The notes: generated by a model from the sequence alone, not told the origin. A DNA stretch of 64,000 nucleotides from Alphaproteobacteria bacterium (GCA_965261735.1 OZ253470.1:800001-864000); one strand, 5' to 3'. Counted from the first letter of the stretch, positions 1 to 10,140 are shown. Numbers and translations are program-made.

Positions 1-893
1 CGGACGACGTCGACGCCGCGCTCGGCCATGCGATTAGCTAGTTCCTGCACCGTGATCGTTTCGGGCACGATCACATCGCGCACGACCTTACCCGCTGCTT
101 CGCCGGCGGCGCCGCTGGCGGCGCGCCGCTCGCGCTCCCGGGCGCGCCGCACCGAGGCCAAGCTGCGGACGCGCTCGTGGTCGTCGAGAGCCTGCGTTAC
201 GGTGAGCTTGCCGGAGCGTCGACGCGGCTGCTTACCGCGCCGTGCGAGCGGTGGCCGGCGCGGCTCGACGCGGGTTGGGCGGCGCAGCCGACTGGTACGG
301 TCCTCTTCCTTCTCCCCCTCCTCGGCCTCTCCACCGGCGAGACGCTTGGCCGCCTGCTCCTCGGCCTTCTGGCGCGCGTCTTCCTCGGTACGCTTGCGCA
401 CTTCTTCCTCTGCGACCCGTTTTTCGGCCGCGGCGTGCTCGACCTCGAGACGGCCCTCGTCCGCGGCTCGGCGGACGGCGTCGGCCTCTGCCTGGCGGCG
501 CGCTTCGCTGTCGGCGATGCGGGCGCCTTCGAGGGCCCGCGCCCGAGCCTGCTTTTCATCGTCGGTCAGGGTCCGTAGCAGGATGCGGCCGCGCGTTGGT
601 TTTTCCTCGGCTTCCGAGATCTCGGGCGCGCTTACGGAGGGTTCGGCCGGCTCCGCCGTGGGCCGCCGGGCGACGCCCGAGGTCGCCTCCGGCTCCATGC
701 CGCGGGTCGTGGCGCCGCGCTTCTTTTTGACCTCGACGGTAACGGTCTTTGAACGCCCGTGTGAGAAACTTTGACGCACATGGCCCATTTCAACGGGCTT
801 TTTCGCCTCCAGCCGGCGTGCCGGCGTGGTCAGACTCAGGGTCCGTTCCTCGGCTTTCTGCTGCTCGCTCATATCGCCGTTGCTGTTGTCCAT
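1..893 (-). CDS. infB: Translation initiation factor IF-2, N-terminal part (runs off the window start)
   Basis: Manual translation from ATG 893 gives VRQSFSHGRSKTVTVEVKKKR and later TITVQELANRMAER, both IF-2 N-terminal motifs; downstream of nusA-ylxR. Not in the ORF track. Confidence 0.95.
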   Translation of the reverse strand, partial: MDNSNGDMSEQQKAEERTLSLTTPARRLEAKKPVEMGHVRQSFSHGRSKTVTVEVKKKRGATTRGMEPEATSGVARRPTAEPAEPSVSAPEISEAEEKPTRGRILLRTLTDDEKQARARALEGARIADSEARRQAEADAVRRAADEGRLEVEHAAAEKRVAEEEVRKRTEEDARQKAEEQAAKRLAGGEAEEGEKEEDRTSRLRRPTRVEPRRPPLARRGKQPRRRSGKLTVTQALDDHERVRSLASVRRARERERRAASGAAGEAAGKVVRDVIVPETITVQELANRMAERGVDVV

Positions 894-898
894 CTACC

Positions 899-1534
899 CT
901 AAGACGGCGCCGACCCGGCCCGAAATCCGGCAAGACGGCGCGCCTCGACCGCGAGCCGTGCTGCCAAGCCGCCCGCCGTCAGCCCAGCATGTACCACATT
1001 TTCGCGCCCCAGCGCCAAGCTCAATTCGGTCCGGCTCAGCATGTCGACCACTGGCAAACCCGCGCCCAGGCGCTCTAGTTTGCCGCGCCCGTCGGCCGCC
1101 GCATCACTCGCGACGATCAACATCGCGGCCTCTCCCGCTCGTACCAACGCACCCACCCGCTCGAAGCCTGTGACCGCCTGGCCCGAGCGGCGCGCCAGAC
1201 CGAGGAGCCCTAGGCAGCGCTCGGCCAGGAGCTGCTCGATGCGGTCCGCGAGGTCCGGCGCGGCGCTTGTCTGCTCGCGCGCGGCGCGCGCGAAAAGCCC
1301 CTTGGCGAGCGCTCGCGCGACGAGGTCGCGCGAGGGGCCGAGCCAAATACCGCGGCCGGGCAGCTTTCCCGCAACGTCGGGCACGACCTCGCCGCGCAGG
1401 CCGACGACGAAGCGAATCAGCTCGCTCGCGTCTCTGACGTCGCCGCTAGCGATGCAGCGCCGCCTCTTCTCACTCGGCGTCGCGGCGCCTCGCCCGCGCT
1501 CGGCCCGCCGGGTGCGTGCGCTAGGCGGGGCCAC
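899..1534 (-). CDS. YlxR/DUF448 RNA-binding protein fused to an L7Ae-like domain
   Basis: RRCIASG...LIRFV...GRGIW motif followed by LGLARRSGQAVTGFE; lies between nusA and infB. Start uncertain. Confidence 0.88.
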   Translation of the reverse strand: MAPPSARTRRAERGRGAATPSEKRRRCIASGDVRDASELIRFVVGLRGEVVPDVAGKLPGRGIWLGPSRDLVARALAKGLFARAAREQTSAAPDLADRIEQLLAERCLGLLGLARRSGQAVTGFERVGALVRAGEAAMLIVASDAAADGRGKLERLGAGLPVVDMLSRTELSLALGRENVVHAGLTAGGLAARLAVEARRLAGFRAGSAPS

Positions 1535-3146
1535 CAGCCCCGGCGCCTTCCTCGGCGGCGCCCTCGGGTGCCTCGGCCTCGGCCGCGCCTTCGGGTGCTT
1601 CGGCCTCGGCGTCCTCGGCGGTCGGTTCCTCTTCGTCGCCGAACCAGTGTGCCCGGGCCGCCATAATCACGGCGTTCGCCTCGTCCTCGCTGAGCCCGAA
1701 ATCGGGCAGCAGCTCCATGAGTTCTACGTTGGCGAGGCCGGCCACGTCGTCGAGGCTCTTGGCTTCGTTCTCGCCGAGGGTCACGAGCATCGCCGGGGTG
1801 AGCACGGGAAGCTCGCCGACTTCGTCGGCGACGCCGAGTTCGCGTCGGCGCTCGGTCAGGCGGCGGTTGAGCTCTTCGAGGTAGGCCTCGCTGCGCTGGT
1901 GCAGCTCCTGGGCCAATGTCTCATCGAAGCCCTCGATACCGGCGAGTTCCTCAACCGGCACGAAGGCGACATCCTCGACGGTCGAGAACCCCTCGGTCAC
2001 CAGGAGCTGGGCGATCATTTCGTCGACGTCGAGGGCGTCGATATACATCTGGCTGCGCTGGCGGAACTCCTCCTGCCGGCGCTCCGATTCCTCGGCCTCG
2101 GTGAGGATGTCAATGTCCCAGCCCGTAAGCTGCGAGGCGAGCCGGACATTCTGGCCGCGACGGCCGATGGCGAGGCTGAGCTGATCGTCGGGGACCACGA
2201 CCTCGATGCGCTTTGCCTCCTCATCGAGTACGACCTTGGTAACCTCGGCCGGTGCAAGTGCATTGACGATGAAGGTCGCGGGGTCCGGCGACCATTGAAT
2301 GATATCGATCTTTTCGCCCTGCAGCTCGCTGACGACCGCCTGCACGCGGCTGCCGCGCATGCCCACGCAGGCGCCGACGGGGTCGATGCTGCTGTCGTTG
2401 GAGAACACGCCGATCTTGGCGCGGCTGCCGGGATCGCGCGCCACCGCCTGGATCTCGATGATGCTGTCGTAAACCTCCGGCACCTCCTGCGCGAACAGGC
2501 GCACCATGAACTGGGGGTGGGTACGCGACAGGAAGATCTGTGGGCCCCGGAGCTCGTGGCGGACATCGTAAATGTAGGCGCGCAGGCGGTCGCCGATATG
2601 GAAGATCTCGCGCGGCAGAAGCTCGTCGCGGCGCACGACCGCCTCGGCACGGCCGAGATCGACGGCGATGTTGCCGTAGTCGACTCGCTTGACGAGGCCG
2701 TTGACGATCTCGCCGATGCGGTCCTTGTACTCTTGGTATTGGCGCTCGCGCTCGGCCTCACGCACCTTCTGGACGATCACTTGCTTCGCCGTCTGGGCGG
2801 CGATGCGGCCGAAATCTATGGGCGGCAGCGCCTCGGCCAGGATGTCGCCGATCTGCGCGTCGGGATTGCGCTCGCGGGCCTCGCTGAGGGGCACCTCGCG
2901 CGCCTCGTTCTCGACCAACTCACAGACTTCGAGGCAGCGATAGAGCCTGATTTCGCCGGTCTCGTTGTCGATCTCGGCGCGAATCTCGTTTTCGGCCCCA
3001 TACTTCGAGCGCGCCGCCTTCTGAATAGCCTCCTCGAGCGCCCCGATCACAGTGGCGCGCTCGATTCCCTTTTCCCGCGCGACCGCGTCGGCAATGTGCA
3101 GAATCTCGAGCCGATTGAGGCTGGTGGTCGTTTCCGTGTCGGTCAT
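1521..3146 (-). CDS. nusA: Transcription termination/antitermination factor NusA
   Basis: FGRIAAQTAKQVI, ARDPGSRAK, DPVGACVGMRGSRV and AIGRRGQNVRLA motifs. Confidence 0.98.
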   Translation of the reverse strand: MTDTETTTSLNRLEILHIADAVAREKGIERATVIGALEEAIQKAARSKYGAENEIRAEIDNETGEIRLYRCLEVCELVENEAREVPLSEARERNPDAQIGDILAEALPPIDFGRIAAQTAKQVIVQKVREAERERQYQEYKDRIGEIVNGLVKRVDYGNIAVDLGRAEAVVRRDELLPREIFHIGDRLRAYIYDVRHELRGPQIFLSRTHPQFMVRLFAQEVPEVYDSIIEIQAVARDPGSRAKIGVFSNDSSIDPVGACVGMRGSRVQAVVSELQGEKIDIIQWSPDPATFIVNALAPAEVTKVVLDEEAKRIEVVVPDDQLSLAIGRRGQNVRLASQLTGWDIDILTEAEESERRQEEFRQRSQMYIDALDVDEMIAQLLVTEGFSTVEDVAFVPVEELAGIEGFDETLAQELHQRSEAYLEELNRRLTERRRELGVADEVGELPVLTPAMLVTLGENEAKSLDDVAGLANVELMELLPDFGLSEDEANAVIMAARAHWFGDEEEPTAEDAEAEAPEGAAEAEAPEGAAEEGAGAGGPA

Positions 3147-3155
3147 CTGTGGGCC

Positions 3156-3662
3156 CTAGTCCTTGTTGCGCCGGTCCCCGCGTTTGAGGCTCTCGGCAAT
3201 CAGCGCATCCGTCAGTACAAGTTTGGCCGCGGCGACGTCGGCGAGAGCGATTTCCACGTCACTCTCGCCGGCCCCGATCGTGAGCGTATCGCCGACGATG
3301 CCGCGCAACACCCCGCGGAAGCGGCGCCGTCCGGCAATGAGCCGCGCCGTTTCGATCAGCGCCTCATGGCCCTCGAAGCGCGCGAAGTCCTCGCGGCAAA
3401 CGAGCGGCCGGTCGAGGCCCGGCGAGCTTACCTCGAGGTCGTAGGGGCCGGAGATCGGATCCTCGACCTCGAGGACCGCCGCGATCGCCCGGCTGATGTG
3501 CGCGCATTCTTCCACCGAGATGTCCTTCCCGTCCGCGCGCTCCGCCATGATCTGAAGCGTGGGTCGCCGACCGCCGCTGAGGTGCACTCGCACCAGGCGA
3601 CAGCCCAGATCGGCCACTGTCGGGGAGACCAAGCGCTCGATCTGCTCGGTCCGATCTGGCAA
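3156..3662 (-). CDS. rimP: Ribosome maturation factor RimP
   Basis: YDLEVSSPGLDRPL motif; probable TTG start at 3662, downstream of the leader hairpin. Confidence 0.95.
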   Translation of the reverse strand: MPDRTEQIERLVSPTVADLGCRLVRVHLSGGRRPTLQIMAERADGKDISVEECAHISRAIAAVLEVEDPISGPYDLEVSSPGLDRPLVCREDFARFEGHEALIETARLIAGRRRFRGVLRGIVGDTLTIGAGESDVEIALADVAAAKLVLTDALIAESLKRGDRRNKD

Positions 3663-3693
3663 CGGTGCGGCCCTCGCGCGCCGCCGGCGCCGG

Positions 3694-3720
3694 AAACAAA
3701 AAGGCGGGCCCGTGCCCACC
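3694..3720 (-). terminator. rimP-leader intrinsic terminator/attenuator hairpin
   Basis: Minus strand reads GGTGGGC-ACGG-GCCCGCC-TTTTTGTTT in the rimP 5' leader. Confidence 0.7.
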
Positions 3721-3767
3721 CCTCGTTTTCGCCCGCAGACGAGCCGATGTTGTTGTTCGTAGTGTGG

Positions 3768-3796
3768 AATATGCGGACAATCTCAGGCTGCTTCAA
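3768..3796 (-). promoter_or_regulatory. Putative sigma70 promoter of the rimP-nusA-infB operon
   Basis: TTGAAG-17 nt-CATATT on the minus strand, upstream of the leader hairpin. Confidence 0.45.
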
Positions 3797-4529
3797 GGTT
3801 TTTCTCGCCGCGCGCAGCGCGTGGGCGGCGGTAAAAGCCGAGATAGATGCTGGGCCGGCCCTCGGCCTGCGTGCGCAACTCGTAGCGCGTGGCCGGCCAA
3901 TCCGCTGGGCGCATGCGCCAGTCCGCGGGCCGGTGCACGGGCCAGGCGAACGCCGGATGAGCGAGCACGTGCGCCAGCGTCCAGCGGCAGTAGCCGCCGT
4001 GATCTGTAGCGAAGCGAAACACGGCCCCATCCGTCATGACCCGCGCCAGCTGATCGAGGTTGCCCCTCTGAACGAAGCGGCGCTTGTGATGCCTGCGCTT
4101 CGGCCACGGATCGGGAAACAACAGGAAGACGCGGCCCAAGCACGCGTCGGGCAGCGCCCGGATCAGGAGGCCAGCGTCGTCGGTCAGGATGCGCACGTTG
4201 TCGAGGCCGAGGCCGGCCACGCGATCGAGCAGGCTGGCCACGCCGTTGATGTAGGGCTCGCAGCCGATGAAGCCGACGTCCGCGTGGACCTGCGCCTGTA
4301 GGGCCAGGTGCTCTCCAGCGCCGAAGCCGATTTCGAGCCAGGTCTCGCGCGGCGCAAACCCGAATAGGCCCGCCGGATCGCCGATTTCGTCGCCTTCCTG
4401 GGGGAGCGCGAGCGCGAGCCGCGGCAGCACCGTTTCGAGCAGCGCCAGCCGGCCCTTGCGCAGGCGGTGGCCGTGACGCCGCCGGCCGTAGAGGATGCGG
4501 TCGCTTCGCGGGGCGACGGCGCCGGTCAC
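3783..4529 (-). CDS. trmB: tRNA (guanine-N7)-methyltransferase
   Basis: LEIGFGAGEHL, FPDPWPKRRHHKRR, FATD and TRYE motifs; GTG start at 4529. Confidence 0.95.
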   Translation of the reverse strand: MTGAVAPRSDRILYGRRRHGHRLRKGRLALLETVLPRLALALPQEGDEIGDPAGLFGFAPRETWLEIGFGAGEHLALQAQVHADVGFIGCEPYINGVASLLDRVAGLGLDNVRILTDDAGLLIRALPDACLGRVFLLFPDPWPKRRHHKRRFVQRGNLDQLARVMTDGAVFRFATDHGGYCRWTLAHVLAHPAFAWPVHRPADWRMRPADWPATRYELRTQAEGRPSIYLGFYRRPRAARGEKNLEAA

Positions 4530-4536
4530 GGCCGCC

Positions 4537-5706
4537 TCAGGAGAGGGCCGCGCGCAGCTCGTCCACGAGGTCGACCCGCTCCCACGAAAACCCGCCGTCG
4601 GGCTCGGGAGGCCGGCCGAAATGGCCGTACGCCGCAGTGCGTGCGTAGATCGGCCGATCGAGCGAGAGATGCTCGCGGATGCCGCGCGGCGTGAGGTCCA
4701 TAACCTCGCCGAGCAGCCGTTCGAGACGCACCTCGTCGCCCTCGCTGCCGCCATGGAGATCGACATACAGAGCGAGCGGCTTGGCAACGCCGATGGCATA
4801 GGCGAGCTGAATGGTGCAGCGGTCGGCGCACTCGGCCGCGACCACGTTCTTGGCCAGATAGCGTGCCGCGTAGGCGGCCGAGCGATCGACCTTGGAGGGA
4901 TCCTTGCCCGAGAACGCGCCACCGCCGTGACGCGCGGCCCCACCATAGGTATCGACGATGATCTTGCGCCCGGTCACGCCGCAATCGCTGTCGGGGCCGC
5001 CCATAACGAAACGGCCCGTAGGGTTGACGTAGAACTCGGCCTCCGCGCACATCCAGCCCGCGGGCAGCACATTGACGACGTGCGGGCGCACGATCTCGCG
5101 GACCTCCTCCTGCTCGAGATCCTCGGCGTGCTGGGTTGAAACCACCACCGATGTGGCACGCACGGGGTGCCCGTCCTCATACTCCAGCGTTACTTGGCTT
5201 TTGGCGTCCGGTCCCAGTCCCGGCTCGGAGCCGGAGTGGCGGGCGTCCGCCATGGAGCGAAGGATGCTATGCGCGTAATGAATGGGTGCCGGCATCAGCT
5301 CCTCGGTCTCGCGACAGGCATACCCGAACATGATGCCCTGGTCGCCCGCACCCTCCTCCTTGTTGCCGCGAGCGTCGACGCCGAGCGCGATGTCGCTCGA
5401 CTGGGAGTGGACGTGCACCTCGACGGCGCTGTGGCGCCAATGGAAGCCCTGCTGCTCGTAACCGATGTCCTTGACGCAGGCCCGCGCCGCCTCCTCGAGA
5501 TGGCGATGGGTGATCGAGGCGGGACCCCGGACCTCGCCCGCCATCACGATGCGATTGGTCGTGGCCAGCGTTTCGACGGCCACTCGAGACTCGGGATCGG
5601 CCGTCATGTACATGTCCACGACCGCGTCGGAGATGCGGTCGCAAATCTTGTCCGGATGCCCTTCGGACACCGACTCGCTGGTGAACAGGTAGTTGCCTCT
5701 AGGCAC
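4537..5706 (-). CDS. metK: S-adenosylmethionine synthetase
   Basis: [19 protein letters not shown] and [16 protein letters not shown] motifs; GTG start at 5706. Confidence 0.98.
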   Translation of the reverse strand: MPRGNYLFTSESVSEGHPDKICDRISDAVVDMYMTADPESRVAVETLATTNRIVMAGEVRGPASITHRHLEEAARACVKDIGYEQQGFHWRHSAVEVHVHSQSSDIALGVDARGNKEEGAGDQGIMFGYACRETEELMPAPIHYAHSILRSMADARHSGSEPGLGPDAKSQVTLEYEDGHPVRATSVVVSTQHAEDLEQEEVREIVRPHVVNVLPAGWMCAEAEFYVNPTGRFVMGGPDSDCGVTGRKIIVDTYGGAARHGGGAFSGKDPSKVDRSAAYAARYLAKNVVAAECADRCTIQLAYAIGVAKPLALYVDLHGGSEGDEVRLERLLGEVMDLTPRGIREHLSLDRPIYARTAAYGHFGRPPEPDGGFSWERVDLVDELRAALS

Positions 5707-5943
5707 GGGTCCCCTCCCAGAACTTGGGTTCCGGGGCCCGCAAGGAGCCGCGCCCACGCTGGCCCACCGCCCCTTCGCCGCCGCCGGGCGCGCCTGCCTC
5801 AAAGCAAGTTTTTGTGGCGTTACTCTTGTGGCATTGTGGGCGCGCCGCTGAGGGCGATCCTACTTGGCAGCCTTTCCAGCCACCGTCAAGTTGTTTGATG
5901 GGCCCGAAACCGGCCTTGCGCCTGGCCTTTGCGCGTGCGCCCC

Positions 5944-6375
5944 TTAGCTCGGGTGAGAGCCGGCGGCGATCGCCTTGACCAGATCGAACACCCGCCCGCG
6001 TACCGCCGGATTGGTGATCCGATAGTAGGCGCGGACGAGTTCAAGCGTCTCGCGCTTGGTCAGCTGCTGCTGCTCGAACGGCTGCGCCCCGGGTTCGCTC
6101 AGGCCACCCGAGCGCGCCGCCGTATCCGCCGTCATCTCGTCGAAAAAGAACGACACCGGCACGTCGAGGACCTTCGCGAATTGAAACAGCCGGCTCGAGC
6201 CGATGCGGTTGACGCCGCGCTCATATTTCTGGATCTGCTGGAAGGTCAGGCTGACGGCGTTGCCGAGTTTCTCCTGGCTCATGCCGAGGAGCGTGCGCCG
6301 CAGCCGAACCCGGGCGCCGACGTGAATGTCGACTGGATTGGGTTTTCCGGGAACGCTCTTGGTTACTGCAACCAC
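5944..6375 (-). CDS. XRE-family HTH regulator (conserved between lnt and metK in Alphaproteobacteria)
   Basis: PNPVDIHVGARVRLRR...SQEKLG...TFQQIQKYERGVNRIGSSRL. Confidence 0.9.
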   Translation of the reverse strand: MVAVTKSVPGKPNPVDIHVGARVRLRRTLLGMSQEKLGNAVSLTFQQIQKYERGVNRIGSSRLFQFAKVLDVPVSFFFDEMTADTAARSGGLSEPGAQPFEQQQLTKRETLELVRAYYRITNPAVRGRVFDLVKAIAAGSHPS

Positions 6376-6535
6376 GACTATTCGCCTTTCCGCAAGACGG
6401 CCTTTGCCGGCCCATTTCTCGCCGCAAACAACCCCCCGCAGCCACAAAAGCCGGTCCGGAATTGGGCGCGCCTGGCGCTAGGCCCGGTGATATAGGAGGA
6501 GTGTGGCGTGGTCAATGATATTCTCGATCAAGAAA

Positions 6536-7642
6536 CCTTGCCTATCCGGTTAACGCCCATGACCGCTACATGTAGGGTGCCACCACTCTCCCGAGTAAAG
6601 CTCGGCATAGGTTGGAGCAGAGGTGTCGCCCGCGATGCCGAGCAATGAGCGGAAGGCGTTGAACGGGTAGAACCGCCTGTTGAAGCGGAAGGTGAACTCG
6701 TTGAGGTAGGCTTGTAGGTGCTGGTGGCTAACGCCGTGGTGGATACCGATCAGCCACGTCTTCAGGTTGGCGAAAACCAGATGGATGATCGGCAGGTATT
6801 GCTCGGCAACCTCTGGATCACCACACTCGGCAACAGCGAAGTGCTCATAGCCGCGCTTCCCGAGGCCAGCATAGCCGCTCCAATCGTCAGTAACGATCAG
6901 CGATCGCGGCGCGACGGTGCTCTCGACGAACCCACAGAGCGACTCGGCGCTACGGTCGAGCACGACGGCGAGCCGAACGCATCCGGCATAGCGTCCGTCT
7001 TTCCGGTTGTCGAGCTTGGTGCCCGGCTTTCGATGACGCACCTCGATGGCACAGGAGACGGGAACCTTGTGGTGAACACCACGGCCTTCCCCACGCGTTC
7101 GCCCGCCAACCCAGGTTTCGTCCACCTCAACATGGTTCTTGGGCTGTCCACCGATCCTGTCTTGGTTGGGCCACACCATGCCCGAGCGGAGCTTGTGGAG
7201 AATTTGAAAGGCCGTCTCGTAGCGCGAAAGACCAAGTTGCCGCTGAAACTGCACGGCGGACATGCCGGGCGTCTGACTGGCGACCAGATAAGCGGCCCAG
7301 AACCAGACGTTCAGCGGAGTGTGGCTACGCTCCATCACTGTTCCCACCGTCAGCCCGGTGTTCTGGCGGCACTTGCGGCAGCGCAGGACGCCAGGGCGGT
7401 TTTCAAAGTGGAACGGCTCTCCCGCCGTGCCGCAGTGCGGGCAGGCAAAGCCGTCTCCCCAGCGGGCTTTCTCCAGGTAGGCGGCGCAGGCCGCATCATC
7501 GGGGAAAAGTCGCTGGAACTCGGGTAGCGAATGCGGGAATGGGAGATCGGCGCGGTCGAGAACATCCATGGCGCGCTCCCCTATATCCGGGTTGCGCCCA
7601 TTCTAGCCCTAGTGGGTGTGGGTGTAAACCGGATAGGCAAGG
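6536..7642 (-). mobile_element. IS1595-family insertion sequence (ISSod11 group), copy 1, ~1107 bp
   Basis: Terminal inverted repeats CCTTGCCTATCCGGTT...AACCGGATAGGCAAGG; near-identical to 60978-62084; no clean target duplication. Confidence 0.93.
6550..7569 (-). CDS. IS1595-family transposase
   Basis: N-terminal Zn ribbon (CPHC...CRKC), VEVDET, TDDWSGY and YLNEFTFRFNRR motifs. Confidence 0.95.
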   Translation of the reverse strand: MDVLDRADLPFPHSLPEFQRLFPDDAACAAYLEKARWGDGFACPHCGTAGEPFHFENRPGVLRCRKCRQNTGLTVGTVMERSHTPLNVWFWAAYLVASQTPGMSAVQFQRQLGLSRYETAFQILHKLRSGMVWPNQDRIGGQPKNHVEVDETWVGGRTRGEGRGVHHKVPVSCAIEVRHRKPGTKLDNRKDGRYAGCVRLAVVLDRSAESLCGFVESTVAPRSLIVTDDWSGYAGLGKRGYEHFAVAECGDPEVAEQYLPIIHLVFANLKTWLIGIHHGVSHQHLQAYLNEFTFRFNRRFYPFNAFRSLLGIAGDTSAPTYAELYSGEWWHPTCSGHGR

Positions 7643-7643
7643 C

Positions 7644-9203
7644 TCAAAAGATATAGCGCCGCCGCGCGCGCCTCAGCCACGCCAGCACGAGGCCGAGCGC
7701 GAGCGCGAGTGGCAGCAGGATCCAGTCGCCGTAGCGGCCATAGGGGGGCGGGCCGGCGAGGGCGCGCGGCAACGCCGCGTCGACAACGCCGCGGCGGCCG
7801 AGGCCGAGCGAAGCGAGGACGCGCCCGTGCGCGTCGACGACGGCCGAGACACCGCTATTTGCCGCTCGGACCAGCGGCAAGCCCTCTTCAACGGCACGCA
7901 TGCGCGCCATCGCCACATGTTGGTACGGCCCCGAGCTGATCCCGAACCAGGCATCGTTGGTGAGGTTCAGGAGCCAGGCCGGGCGATCCCCGCGCGCGGT
8001 GACACGGCCGGGAAAGATCGCCTCGTAGCAGATCAGGGGGCCGACCGGCGGCAGGCCGGGAAGGACGAGCGTGCGCGGCCCCGGCCCGGTCGAAAAGTCG
8101 GCCTGGCCCTGGACCAGCTTCTCGACCCCCAGCGCCCCGAGCCATCGGCGAAGCGGGACATATTCACCGAACGGTACGAGATGAAACTTGTCGTAGCTGG
8201 CGAGAATGCCTCCCCCGGGGCCTATCGCATGGACGCTGTTCCAGATTTGCGGAGGGCGCACCCCGGCGGCGGAGATGCGCGGCGCTCCGGTGAGAACGAG
8301 ACCCCGCGGTGGTGCCAGCGCGCCAATGAGGCGGGCGCGCTCGGGCTCACGCGAGAGAAAGAAGGGCGCCGCCGTCTCCGGCCAGATGAGGTGGGTGACG
8401 GGGGTCAGCGCCGCCTCGGAGCTCAACTGCAGATAGTCGCGAAACTGGGCCTCGCGGCGATCGGGACGCCAGTTGTGAGGCTGCGCGATATTGGCCTGAA
8501 CGATTCGCAGGCGCACACCGGGAACGACCTCGCCGGAGGCCCCGGCAAGGCGGATCGTGCCGAGAACCCAGACGGCCGCCAGGGCCACGATGCCGGCGGC
8601 CACCAGGCGCAGTCCGGCGGCGCCCCGGCGCTCCGCGAGGGTCGCCGGAAGCGCGGCGAGCACCACGCTCATGAAGCTCAGACCGTAGACCCCGACCGCC
8701 GCGGCCAGCTGGATCATGGCCGGCGAGAACGTCCAGGCGTAGCCCACGAAGTTCCACGGGAACCCCGTGAACACTTGGCCGCGGAGCCATTCCGCGGCGG
8801 TCCAAGCGAGCGCCAGCGCCAGGACGCGACCGCCGCCGCGAAGCCCGGCGAGCCAAGTCGCTAGCGCCGCGGCGCCCGTAAAGGCGGCGAGCACGGCGGG
8901 CAGGCCCAGAACCGCGAACGGGGCCGCCCAGGCGAAGCGCGCGGGATCGGTGAAAGGCGGGTAGACGAGCCAGTAGAGTCCGGCCACGAAATGGCCGAAT
9001 CCGAACCACCAACCAATGGCAAAGGCCGCCCACGGCCCGCGCGATGCGCCGAGCAGCCACAGGAAGCCTGGAAAGGCGACGAGGAGGAGCGGCAGCAGGT
9101 GCACCGGCGGCAGCGCTGCCGCGGCGAGCGCGCCCAGGAGGGCCGCCGCTCCAGGGCGCCGCCAACCGGCGAGCCCCGCGATGCGCTCGCTCAGTGCCCT
9201 CAC
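7644..9203 (-). CDS. lnt: Apolipoprotein N-acyltransferase
   Basis: TGFPWN, WPETA, YDKFHLVPFGEYVP, ICYEAIF and TNDAWFG motifs. Confidence 0.97.
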   Translation of the reverse strand: MRALSERIAGLAGWRRPGAAALLGALAAAALPPVHLLPLLLVAFPGFLWLLGASRGPWAAFAIGWWFGFGHFVAGLYWLVYPPFTDPARFAWAAPFAVLGLPAVLAAFTGAAALATWLAGLRGGGRVLALALAWTAAEWLRGQVFTGFPWNFVGYAWTFSPAMIQLAAAVGVYGLSFMSVVLAALPATLAERRGAAGLRLVAAGIVALAAVWVLGTIRLAGASGEVVPGVRLRIVQANIAQPHNWRPDRREAQFRDYLQLSSEAALTPVTHLIWPETAAPFFLSREPERARLIGALAPPRGLVLTGAPRISAAGVRPPQIWNSVHAIGPGGGILASYDKFHLVPFGEYVPLRRWLGALGVEKLVQGQADFSTGPGPRTLVLPGLPPVGPLICYEAIFPGRVTARGDRPAWLLNLTNDAWFGISSGPYQHVAMARMRAVEEGLPLVRAANSGVSAVVDAHGRVLASLGLGRRGVVDAALPRALAGPPPYGRYGDWILLPLALALGLVLAWLRRARRRYIF

Positions 9204-9225
9204 GGCCCGATCCGCGCGGACAGGC

Positions 9226-10140
9226 CTAGCTTTGGCCCGATGCCGTTTGGCCCGCTGCGGCGCGCACCCTGACCCGCTTGACGCGCCGCGCGTCGGCATC
9301 GACGACCTCGAACTCGACCTGGCTCGGATGGAGCACGCGCTCGCCCGGCCGCGGCACACGACCGACCAGGGAAAAGAGCAGCCCGCCGAGGGTCTCGATA
9401 TCCTCGTCGCGATCGTTGTCGAGGAGCGCGATGTCGAGCCTGGCCTCGAGCTCGGCGATGGGCACCCGCGCGTCGGCTTCCAGAGACCCCTCGGGCCCCT
9501 CGACCAGGAGCGGCGCCTCGACGCGGTCGTGCTCGTCCTCGATCTCGCCGACGATCTCCTCGACGAGGTCCTCGATGGTCACGAGCCCGTCCGTGCCGCC
9601 ATACTCGTCGACGACGACGGCCATGTGAATGCGGCTGGTGCGCATCTCCGAGAACAGGGCGAGCACGGGCATCGACGGCGGCACGTACAGGACCGGGCGC
9701 GCGATCGCGGCGAGATCGAACCCCTGCGGGTCGCCGGCCAGCACCACCAGATCCTTCACGTAAACGGCGCCGAGGACCCCGTCGAGCGTCTCGCGATAGA
9801 CCGGCATGCGCGAGTGGAACTCCTTGCGGAAGATTTCGATGACCTCATCGTAGGCGGCCGCGGCGTCGACGGCGACGATGTCGGCCCGCGGCACCATCAC
9901 GTCGTCGACCTCGAGCTCGCTGAGCTTGAGGATGTTCATCAGCATCAGCCGCTCATCCGGGTTGATCGGCTGGCCCTCGTCGGCGTAGTCGTCGAGCAGG
10001 ACCTCGAGGCTCTTGCGCAGGGTGAGGTCGTCGCCGCGCAGGCCCCCCAAGCTGCGCAGCCAGTCGAGGATCGTCCGCGAGATCGAGGCGGGGGCGGCCC
10101 CGCTTTCACGGGGCGGTCTAGGTGCGTCCGGGTCGCTCAT
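9226..10140 (-). CDS. corC: CorC/HlyC CBS-domain Mg2+/Co2+ efflux-associated protein
   Basis: VMVPRADIV, HSRMPVY and VVDEYGGTDGLVTIEDLVEEIVGEIEDEHD motifs. Confidence 0.9.
   Translation of the reverse strand: MSDPDAPRPPRESGAAPASISRTILDWLRSLGGLRGDDLTLRKSLEVLLDDYADEGQPINPDERLMLMNILKLSELEVDDVMVPRADIVAVDAAAAYDEVIEIFRKEFHSRMPVYRETLDGVLGAVYVKDLVVLAGDPQGFDLAAIARPVLYVPPSMPVLALFSEMRTSRIHMAVVVDEYGGTDGLVTIEDLVEEIVGEIEDEHDRVEAPLLVEGPEGSLEADARVPIAELEARLDIALLDNDRDEDIETLGGLLFSLVGRVPRPGERVLHPSQVEFEVVDADARRVKRVRVRAAAGQTASGQS

Noticed and set aside
1555-1612. 27-bp tandem duplication in the nusA tail (EAEAPEGAA x2)
   Set aside because: Ordinary low-complexity acidic C-terminal extension.
1041-4301. 1086-aa plus-strand ORF, and similar long antisense ORFs such as 21790-23649, 33169-35013, 44228-46033 and 56180-57994
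   Set aside because: Shadow ORFs antisense to clear genes, caused by high GC3; no recognisable motifs.
5707-5943. SAM riboswitch or tRNA upstream of metK
   Set aside because: No SAM-II/SAM-SAH consensus or cloverleaf recognisable by eye.
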